64,000 nucleotides of DNA from Lingula anatina (lineage: Eukaryota; Animalia; Brachiopoda), in NCBI GenBank assembly GCA_051362555.1, contig CM120641.1:13950001-14014000 (forward strand), read 5' to 3'. Position numbers and translations under genes: made by a program. How positions within the stretch are numbered: position 1 is the first letter of the stretch; the number at the start of each line of letters is the position of its first letter. Positions 24,901-36,900 of the stretch are shown here, one piece after another. A model generated the notes under the pieces. That model saw only the letters and a program-made list of their open reading frames with translations. It was not told the DNA's origin and ran no database searches.

Positions 24901-27900
24901 CTAGCGTTATAAATACTGCGTAATTCAATAGTGATCTGGTTGTGTCTATTCGAATATAAGCAAAAAAGTGTACATTGTTTTCTTTGTATTGATATCGAAT
25001 GAAGCCATTATGTGTGTCCGTTCGTGGGTGTGCACGAGCGCCCTTTACATATCTTATAAAACGCCGATATTTCCAACCAACACTTTCAGAGAGTTATTAA
25101 TTCCACATAGGTTGGGATGACAGAAATATATTATTTAACTTAAATTGACTTGCCCGTTTCATTTTTGAAATCCAGAGATATAACCGGTGAGTTCGGTGTG
25201 AGGTCTTCAACCACGTCGTCGGCGCTACCGCTCGTGTTGGTGGCATTGGCCCCAGCATACGGGTTGCTCTTCATCGCCGCTACCTATCGCAGTGAAAAAG
25301 AAAATTTCAATTATCTTCTGAGCGATTGTGTTTTCCATCATTCTAAGCAGCCGCAATCAAACATCTGTCCAATGACACTGTGGGAAATGAAAAACAGCAA
25401 TTTTTGTGATTCTTAAAATTGAAATGGACATGTATTTGAACACTTTGCGTGAAAAAAGTGTATCCAGTAATTACCATGTATTTAAGTGAGGACGTAGTAT
25501 CGTTTCCGGTTCCTATGAGGCTGTCCATACCCGGCATGTTGATATCACCACTGCTGCCGGCACCAAGAGTTGCTGTGTAAGAGAGATGCAGAAATACTTA
25601 GCAAATATTTCACGAATTGCAAATACAAAATTACCAAAACTAATTGCCCGCCTCTTTTCACCATTTAAAGTTCTCACATATCTCTGTATAATGCAATTTT
25701 ACTAAAATGTATTAGGAAAAAAAGAAACAAACTTATTTCCAAATTAAGGGTCATCGCAAGGGGAAAGATAGCGGTGAGCTAGGCAAGAGTGATCCGAAAC
25801 TTTACACTTGAAATAACAGTAATAAATCAAAGTTGAGGATGACGGTCACACTGACGAACAGGAATGTACAGCACTGTTAGTGAAGAGGATTTTGGATAAA
25901 GGGTCATATCAACACAATCTTTTTACGTTGGCGGCGAGGAAAAAAAGGGGCTATCGACACACTCACCTTTATCGAGCTTATCAGGGTATTCCAACTGAGT
26001 GCTGACCTGCATTTTAGTCGTGGAGATGGTTGTTGTGGGTTCGCCCACCACTTTTTTGTCCATCACGCCTTGACCGATGTATTTCGTCATAGTGACGAGA
26101 TTGGTCTGAAGTATAATAAAGTGTATGATAGCCAAGACAGGTTATTGAAAAGAAGATTACATGGATGATTTGCTAGAATTATTTTAAGTAATATGGTTTG
26201 CAATTCATGATTTATGGAAGGACTATATTTTTCAGAATGAATGTAGATTATTATTTTACTTTCAGCGATTATCCCCTAACCTGCTTAATGCTTTACAAAA
26301 ACATTGAATTACTGAAGAATTCTCCTGTATATTTGAAAACTCAAACTTCGTAAGCATGAAGTGCAAACCATATTTATCAAAAAATCAACATCAAAACTTC
26401 ACGAAACAGATTTGACTTGTTCTGTGATACCAAGTTGAAACAGTTAATCGTCAGCCATCCAGATACCTTAATCGCTAAGAGGACGACCCTCGGTTGCTCC
26501 TAATCAAACACTTCTAAATTCTTATCACAGATTGGTGCTCTGGAATAAGTGTACTTCTTGTCCTTATGGCCTAACGGATTCTATGCACACATACTAAGAG
26601 TACATATGTATACAGCCTCACTTATAGGCCTACTAATCTACAAGTGGTATCGACATGGGTTCACTTAGGCAGTTCCTGTATTTCCCCCTGTGTTTTTATT
26701 TGGTAATGGCGAGGGAACCAAAGTTGAACCATGGGGTCAGTCTACCAACAGACCGGCCTCTAGTGATTGCACACAGGGGAAGCTCAGGTATGCGTCCCGA
26801 ACACACTGTGGAAGCGTACGAACTGGCCGTCAGACAAGGCGCAGACGTCATTGAATGTGACCTGTGTGTCACCAAAGACTTACAGCTTGTCTGTCTACAC
26901 GAGCCGTGGCTTAACGCCTCAACCGATGTTGCAAATTTTACACAATTTGCCGAGAGAGTCAAAACATATTCAATTTTTGATGAGGCCAATAATGTCACCA
27001 TTGTCAAAACTGATTATTTTTCGGTGGATTTTACTCTGGATGAACTGAAAAAATTGAGAAAAAGACAGTACCGCAAATACAGAGATCAGAATTACAATGG
27101 GCGTTTTCAAATTGCATCGTTCGACGACTTCTTGCAAGTTGCAAAGACTGCGGAAAGAATTGTGGGTATTTATGTCGAAACCAAGGCACCAACGTGGACT
27201 GCAACTCTTCCAATCATGAACAATACGACATTTGAGGATTTGGTTGTAAAAGAAGTACAAAAGTATGGCTATACGGAGGCAACAGACCCATGCTTTCTGC
27301 AATCTTTTAGCGAAAAAAGTTTGGAAATTTTTGCTACAAAAACTAAATTGCCTCTTGTTATGCTGGTCAAATATTCACCTAATAACGAAGAATTCGAAAG
27401 GTTTTCTAGGATATGCTACGGCGTGGGACCATGGAAGACGCTAATTGTGCCGTCTTGGACCTCCAGAAATGGGGATAAGAATTACATCAAGAACAGCACG
27501 GATTTCATTGAAAAGGCGCATTCATTTGGGTTAAAAGTCCATCCTTTCACATTCCGCAACGAAGATGAGTTCCTTCCGTGGAATTATGGTCAAGATCCCT
27601 ACGCAGAGTACGAAAAGTTTATAGAACTCGGTGTAGACGGACTTTTTACCGATTTCCCCGCTACATTGAAAAGATATTTAAACTGTGGAAGCGAATTTTC
27701 TTTAGTTAACAGTGCCACCATCAATAACTCTTTCAAACTGAGAGTTTTTCTCTCTACGCTGAGTATCATACTGAAATTTTATTGTAGCTAAATGACCAAG
27801 AACTAATATAATAAGGGTATTATTATTATCGGATTTCTCTTTCCATTTTTTCATTCATACTTTATTTATCTGTCCACATAAGGTTTATTTAATCTAAGCT

Positions 27901-30900
27901 CACCTTTGGTTTTTCTAATTTTGTCATATTTTTCGAAAATTTAAAAATGGCCTTTGATCGTATTCTTGACTACATGAATGTGTGTGTGTGTGTGTGTGTA
28001 TGTGTGAAAATCGAATAATAACTGGCACAAGACTTCAATGAAAACCTGTGATTCGCAGATTTTATTCACCGAGCAATATTGTCAGATGATAACAAATCCA
28101 GCCAAGAGTTGTTATCTGGACATTCACTGGACATTCACAGGTGCAGGACCAGAAAATAATCTCACGGTAAAAAAAAAAGACCAGAGGGCAAAATGAGTCT
28201 TTACGTAGATGCAGTTAATATGTGGCAGCATAACATGTACTTATAAAACTTATTAGTTAAACATTGTTATTTGTCAGAAGTTTTGCCTGTAGTTTTAGTA
28301 TCTTTTGCAAATAGATACGCTGCTGTGGTTATGACAATACTTGTGCTAGAACTAAATGTAGCCGAGCACAGAACGACACATAGGTTATACTGTAATTCAA
28401 TTACCAGCTTCTTTATTCTTACTGTTGAAGTACATTTGCACGTATGTTATACAGTTGATGAGTTACGACTGACTGATGAATGACAAGAAAGACACGTCAC
28501 AGGGAATATATATTTCCCACGACCCACGTGCCAAGATAAGCGGAACTCGATATGTGACAACTTGTCCACCGGTTACATATGCACCCCAAAAATAAGGATG
28601 GCGTCCCGACATTCCCATTATAAAGTATGTACACAAAAATTAAAAGAAATATTTACAGAAATATTAAAAATATTAAAAGAATTATGTTACATTATAAATT
28701 CACACCCGTGAGCATTCTCTGTTCACATTCACAGCCGCGTACATGCAACCTTAATTCATCCTAATGAAACGCGATTAAGTACGGCAATTTGTGAAAAAAA
28801 AACGTGATATTTTCTTCTCTTCTTAGAATAAAACCATTAAAACAGCTGTAACTGACGATATTCCAGCACATCACTAGACAATAAGCAACATCTCCCACAG
28901 CACTAGACGATGTCCATCTTTATCCACACCATATCTATATCCACACCATGAGTATAACACAAATAATAATTATAGGGAAATGATTTTACAAAAAAACTTT
29001 GTTACACACAGAAGCACAAGCAATGGGTCAAATAACGGTCATGTGAAACAGCGCAGAAATAATCACATCCAAACGGAATTTAGGTAACACAATAGCATAG
29101 CCTGAAAAAAGCTGTCGACCAATGGTAGCCGAGTATAGAGTGACACATAGGCTATACTGTTTATTTAATCACCAGCTTCTTCATTCTCACTGTTGCACAT
29201 ACTTGTTGCACATACTTGCTGGGGTGACGACTGACTGACGAATGGCGAAGAATGATGTGACTCAGTAATGTCTTGTCAGCCGGTTTCGTGAACCTCCATT
29301 GCTTCAGTCTCGTCACCGCCCTAAAGTCATGCGCACCTCGGTTTAAAAAGATCTACCATAAGCTACCTCCAACAGCGTGAAGATGTTTACGCGTGTGTGT
29401 GCAATTTTCCTTGTGTACCTACGGTTTGCACTTTTCAGCAAAATTGATCATGGAGTTAGCCTTCCTACAAAACGGCCGTTAAACATCGCCCATCGGGGTA
29501 GTTCTGGCATGTTGCCCGAGCATACACTGGCCGCGTATGAACTTGCTGTCACCCAAGGCGCCGATGTCATCGAATGCGACGCCTGTATTACCAAAGATCT
29601 TCAGATTGTGTGCTTACATGAAAGTTGGTTTAATAAGTCTACAAATGTGATGTTATTGCCGCAATTTGCCGACCGCGTTCGAACATATTATGTCCAAGGA
29701 GAGGAAAAGTATATCACCGACTGGTTTAGCGTTGATTTCACGTTGGATGAACTTAAAACGATTAAGCAAGTCCAGACTTTACATTTCAGGAGTCACTCTA
29801 GTGATGGAATTTATTCAATAGCCTCGATGGAGGATTTTATACAAGTTGCTAAATCTGCCAACCGACCAGTTGGATTGCATATTGAAATAAAGCACTCAAG
29901 GTGGGTGAATTCTCTGGATATAATGAACGGAACAACGTTTGAGGATCTGCTAGCTCAGGAATTGAAAAGAAATAACTACTATCGGAAGACAGACCCTTGT
30001 TTTATACAGTCATTCGAGGAAGAAAGTTTGCGTTTGCTTGTCAATAAAACAAACTGCCCTCTGGTTATGTTATTCTGGACCTCAATGCCAACAGACAAGC
30101 AGCTAGAGGAATGGTCAAAATTTTGTTACTGAGTTGGTCCCTGGAAAGATTTGATCATTCCGTCTTGGAATGCAGATAATGGTTACAAAAACTTTCTCGG
30201 AAACGCCACAAATCTGATTAACAGGAGTCATGAATTAGGCATGAAAGTTCACGCCTGGACATTTAGAAACGAAGACCAGTATCTGGCATGGGACTATGAA
30301 CAAGACCCGTATGTGGAGTTCGATACTTTTGTAAATCTCGGTGTCGACGGAATGTTTACTGACTTTCCAAACAGTCTCAGTAGATATCTAAACAATACGT
30401 CTCCAGACGATGACAGAAAAGGCACAGCTGTTGGTAACAGAAATGTTAATTCTGCTTCGTTTGTTTACATAAACTTTTCATTGTTTCTTACTGCTTTTGC
30501 CATGCCTTTATACGCATTCAAGTATGCCTATTGACAAGCATATACTGAACAGAATAGACAGGCTGTAATATACATGGATTAACACGCAGTGCGAGTCCAA
30601 TTTATTATCTATTAAGGGTGTTGAAGTCCCAAGACGAAGGTACCCGGAGTTCACTGATAACCCTGACATTTTGTCTTTTTCAAACAAGAAAACTGAAAAT
30701 GATATACGAACCGAGTACCCACATACATTGGCTTTCAGTTGGGTCTTAGCTCTAGACACGAGAATTTGTATCTGATCCTGGACATTACGAGAACTGAATA
30801 AACAGCCTTCAACAAAATAGATCGGAGTCATTGTCCCTTCTATTAATTTAACTATACCCAACTAAGGTATACTATGCCTTTATATAGATATCCCTTGAAT

Positions 30901-33900
30901 GACCCAAGGGATATCTTATGAAAGGCTGATTACTGTAAAGTATTTCAGGATTGGTGATCCACCATGATACAGGCGTATTCTTGTCATTATTGAATAGTGT
31001 AAGACGACACTAAAAAAATATTCGTTTTCGACAGTGACGTGACGAGTCAATGGGAAAAACCATGAGAATAAGTCATAATTTCTTAATAGGAGGTTGATAG
31101 ACAAGTACAACTTACCCTTGTTGCCCTCAAAATCTCTTCCAGATCCTGAAGAAAATGTGAAGAAAAAAGATACGGTAATTCTTAGATATATATTGCAAGA
31201 TATACACTTGCATTTGTGACAGACTCATGTTTTCCTTTTATTTTCAACTTTTGAAAGAACTCCTAGTCAAGTGACGTATATTGACTTAATAATAGTGTTG
31301 TATTGCCTCTAAGATGATAGATTTCTTTCTACCTTTGACTATAAAAAAAAGACAAAATAGGAAAAAATAGAAAAATCTGATGAATATGGAAACTTACCGC
31401 CTCTAGGTTTCCAGCTTCATTAATAGCATTAATGGCATCTAGAGTTCGACCTGTAGGGAAATTAACGATGTGTTTTATTCTACAATTTTAATTACTGGGA
31501 TTGCCGTTCTTGTAGCTTTGAATTAATTATAAAGTACCCATTTCTGTCTGTGAGGTACACAGCGCACGTGTTTTATATTTTCGTATTTTAGTGGCTTACC
31601 AATAATTTCTATCAGAAGTTTGGCGTTCGCAGTTAGATCTGGCCCTTCCATAGCATCTTTATTGGCGTCCAGCAAATCCCACACTTTTTGTGCCACTGTA
31701 CCAATGGCTTCCTAAATTTTGAAAGTAAAACGAAGGATTGTAATTTCCTCACATTTATAATATACATGTACATGTAGGCCTACAACTGATATAAGAGCAA
31801 TCGAGCAGCCTTAAAGAGACTTGACTTCTGTGACTTTTATAATCTTATTTTGCAGCATCTTGAAATCATGAATGTGCTTGCGTGAGATGGGCCTGCACAT
31901 TGTAGCGGAAATCCCTCTCATTACTGACCCTTAACAGACACGCGTATTCACTCTTATGAAATATAAACCTTACCACGGCCAAGGCATTAACTTCATTGGG
32001 CAATTTGACCATGTCTCTCAATCCAGACACAATGAGACGGCCTGTTGACAAGCTTACAAAGTTCATAAGTGACAACGCTTGACAGATTTCTTGACGGATC
32101 TGAAAATAGTAACGGTTCATAAATAATCACTGAATTTAGCATCAAACACTTTTTATGTTTTGTTAATTTATAAAAATAAAGTCAACCTGTTCAAAAATCA
32201 TTATGATGAAATTATGAAATAATTATAATAGTGGCTTCGCAAAGGGCTCGATGCCATGCGACTGAGTTTGTCTGTCTGGCTTTCAATCCGTCCAACATAT
32301 GGTTTGTGTTGTGGTGTAGTATTTACTTAAAATTTGACAACTACGTGATATCACTAACCTGTACTCTCTGGTCAAACCATGTCTGGTACGCAGAAGCGTT
32401 TTCTGATCTCAGAGCATCCATCCTGGCCGTCAGAGTATCCTTCTGGGTGCGTTCGCTGTCGGTCAGGTCGGCGTCGGCAATAGCGTTAAGCAGCGCCAGG
32501 GCGATTTCAGTTTCGTTGAATTCTGTATAAAATTTTTGATAAAAGCGTTAAATATTTGTTTATGATTTGGCAGTGATAGAAAAGAGGAAAGGGACAAGGC
32601 AAGATATTACACGAAACAACTTCTTTTCGAGACATTTTTTCTAATTTTGAATCCTCTTTTCAGTTAACTGGTATTACATTATTTGAACACTATTTCCTTC
32701 TGAACTATTTTATTTTACATCTAAGAGTCGCTTTGCTGTTTTCACTTTTATTGAATGCATTAAAACTTACGTTCAGCTAAAGCAGCATCAACAGAATACA
32801 TATTATTTATGTTCATATAGGCCACAAGTACGCCAAGTGTCTGCATCATTTCACGCGCGTCTCCCATCCTGGCCAGTTGCTGAATGTATCCATCCGGCCC
32901 CGTCATATTACCCATCATAGCTGCCATGGTCTCAGCAGAGGGAGGGTACACCTGGGAATATAGGAACATGTTTTTCTATATTGCTTTTTTCTGTGCATGA
33001 TGCTGTTTACATCTTGCTTCATATACCATGATATTGCCTTTTGAAATCAATTATAATTCTTCAAAATGTTACTATAATAAAATGTATGACATGTTCCACC
33101 ATTAGCTTTAAATCAAATACATTCTGGTTGCCTTTTCTTACAGTAATAATAGCAAAGTTTGTTATAAGAGTAAATACGAAGCATTATCGTCATTGAAATA
33201 CGATAATGAATTAAAGAAGAGTTCTTATGCATTTTAACTTACGACTGCAGTAGAGATCACTTCAGCGGCCGAACCGATGGCATCGATGGCTTGAACCTTG
33301 ACTTCAATTTCGTAGTTCTTATCCGAATTTCCTTGCGGCAGATAGGCGGCCTTTCGCATGGTGTAAGTGCTGCCTGTAATTGTATATCAAAATAGTGTAA
33401 AAAACTTTAAACTATCAGATCAGAATAAGACATTGCTTCTTTCTCTAACTATAATCCTGACAACGCTTTAGGTTATAGGTCATCAACGAATAACTGATAA
33501 GATTGAAAACATTTTTACCATAATTATAAAATGTGTGTCAATCCCCATTTCAATAGCAGAACTGTTGAAGTGTAGGGGAGACCGGGGCTAGTTGGACCCC
33601 GGGGTAAGTTGGCCCCCCATCAAGTCTCTTTAATAAAGTTACCTTAAGATGCTAAATTATTACCTCCGCCAAGGAGGTTATGTTTTCACCCCTGTTTGTC
33701 TGTCTTTCTCTCTGTCTGTCATCAACATAACTCAAAAAGTTATGGACCGATTTTGATGAAATTTGCAGAAACTGTCAGAAGTGAGCCAAGGAACATATGA
33801 TTAATTTTTGGTGGTAATCCGGATCAATAATCAATAATCAAAAATATCGAAAATTTAGGGGTGAAACAGCATTGGATGGAGACTTTGCTGCCTTGGCAAA

Positions 33901-36900
33901 GGTCTGCGCTCTCTGAGTGCTTTTCTAGTTTCATTAAGACTCACTACCGACGCTTTCTTAGCACTATTGGATACGGTCACTTTACAAAATGATGTGATCA
34001 ATTCTTTTACCATTTTACTTTTTCATAAATTGATGGGGGACCAACTTACCCCGGGGTTCAACTAGCGCCGGTCTCCCCTAAGCTTTACAAACCATTTAGT
34101 CAAACTATAATATACCAATGACTTTGAACATCTGCTCATTCTTTACCTTGAAACATCGATATTTATGTCATTCACCTTCATAGATCCAGCTCCAGTCATC
34201 GTCTGGGAAAATGCGATATCCCACTTTGTATCCGAAAGGCTTATCATCGTCCTGAAACTCGTCCGCGCAGAAGGTGTTGAAGGTGGTTTCCAGGGCCGTG
34301 CCATTGAAGGGAGAAACTGAACAGTTACCAGGGACAGGGGGCTCGTTAATGATGAACTCAAGGGAAGATTCACCTGAATAGATAAAAGAAATATCAATCA
34401 AATGAAACCGTTATTGTTTTGTCATTTCAAAATGTCTATATTCGGCAATCGCTTTGAGCGCTAGTTTACATCACCTAAAACTAAATATCTTAAAATATTA
34501 TATTTTTATCATATTATTATGAAATATTTATTATCATTTAATTTATTATCATATTATTTTAACATATTTGAACAGTTCACTGTTGGTCTTGCAGCTATTA
34601 ACATCATGGAAAACTTCCATTACCATAATTGTCCGCTCTGCCAGTTCTCCAGGCCCGACAACGCATGAACAGCCGCATGCCGACATCCGCCGCAGTGAAG
34701 ATTCCAGTGTCCAGGAAAATGTCTGCCGTTTCCCGTCCTGTTCCCTTGGCATACCTCTGCCATACATTGGGGTCCCATGGAGGAACAGTATATGGATCGA
34801 CTCCAGGAGAAGCCTTCACGATGTCCCAGCTGTAATAAAAAGGTGTGAAATAATGAACAATTTTAAATGCATGACGTATAACAATAATAACAATAATAAT
34901 AATACTGTTTATTTAGAGAGTTAAGTGCACACACTTATCTATCACGTCACTCTTTTAATCTCGTAAGGATGGCTTTATGACTATTAAAACAATAATACCA
35001 CCAGGAAAATCTTTTTTAACCTATGACTATGAAAGGCCCAATGTGTCTTTAATAAAGTAAGATGTAGATGTATTTCAAAGATGTTTTTGGTAACGACGCT
35101 AGGTGCACATTGTGGTACTTACATATAAGAATACTGCGCAAGACCAGCTTTCAAGATTTTGGACTTGACAGTGAACGGATACAGAGGGTTCACCTTGGCT
35201 TTGCAGTTTGACACACAGCTGAAATAAAGATACAGATAATTGGACACGTTTTTTCCACAAGTCGTGGAAAATTGTAGTGAAGTAGATTCACAGCACTACA
35301 TACAGTTCTCGAGCTATTCAGTTTACAAGTTCCTTCTTCCTTTTAATTCCAGTCGACAATTTTCCGGAGGAGGGTAGTGGGATTCAAGACAAAGACTGCA
35401 TTTCCATCTGGATCGACCTAACTCCCTGGGGGTTCACGCTAAATTGCTGTCAGCCGAGCGCGCACGACAGTTAATTACCCCCATTCAGCTTTTAGTAGGC
35501 GGCACAGACATTTAAGCCGGTTAAGATGACACCAATCTAGTGAGACTCCCCAGGGAGATAGGTCGATCTAAATATCTATGGGAATGGGGTCAAAGACAAA
35601 ATAACGCATTTGACTGACTAATAGCAAGGCAAAGAGGCTGTTGTCAAGTTGGCTGATCGATAACTCATGGCATGGCCAAGACTCCCGTGTCACCATTGTA
35701 TATTCAGTCCAATACAAAATGTTATAAATGTTATATACACACCTAAGTTCAATCTCTGGGGGATCTCCGAGTGTCACGTTGATGGCCTGTCTCATAACTT
35801 GCATACGGTCATCTTTGGTCACTACCACCATCATTTCCACCACGTCCAACTCGTACCAGTTCGTCGTGTCAAATATCTCAACACCAGTTGTTGCGTTTAA
35901 TTCACCTGGGAACCATATTTATGTATTTTTGAAACAAAATTTAACTTTCGATTTTTTTCTGATGTAATTGTTTATTATCAAGAGGTGAAACGTAAGCTCA
36001 AACGTAAATTGTAAAGCATGTAAAATAGCAAAAACATGTGAAACTGGCGAAGGTAGAATTATCAACGCCGCTTGGATTAAGCAACAATCTGCCACCTTTT
36101 TCGATCACATATAATGGTGAACATTCACCTTCTGTTTTTGCGAAAATTTTCGTTTTTGGTGATGCATATCAAATTGTTCTTATGAAAAACATATTCCACC
36201 GAAACGGTAAGCGTTCCTTACCAGCAGACTCAACGCCATCATACTTGAAACAACCCCCTTCGTCGGCACCATTCAACGTGTCGTAGGTACAGTTCGACGT
36301 AAACGGAGCCAAAATCATTGAGAAGTTGTCGTTGTACTCGGGCCACGTTTCACAGAGACGTCGACAGAACCAACGGAACGTGAAATTCGATTTGTCCGAC
36401 TCCCCAACATCCGGGTCATAGGTACCGTCAATTGCGTCAATGGTGATGTTAATACCCCATTTTCTGCGTACGAATGATCCTATAATAAAACAATGAAGTT
36501 CAAGCTACTTAGATATAGAAAACGAAACATTTCAAACGTAAGTTGATAGTAGTTTTAAGGTAAAGGCGGTAAATATATCAACGCTGTAACCACAAATGAG
36601 GGCATCTTGCGACAAGAACAGAGTCGAGATATCATTTAAAAGATGTACAATTTACATGCAAAATAATTTCAATTTGAACAAAAGGACTCAATGCCTCCCA
36701 CTCTGGCGGTTCTATTAGAGACAATGCTCGGTGAAATATCAACGAAATATTGAAAAAAAATCACTTACCGCCTGCAATCTTTGCCACTAAATCAGACTTC
36801 ACAATTCGCACCATGATGGTGGTGACATTCTCTATTCCAATCTCGCCATCCATGGATACATTGAGCCTAAATTTGTATAGGCCGTAAGGCAACAGACGTT

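Noticed and set aside
30130-30132. Selenocysteine codon in GDPD copy 2
   Set aside because: The TGA aligns to Gly, not Cys, in the paralog; GDPDs are not redox enzymes; I saw no convincing SECIS downstream.
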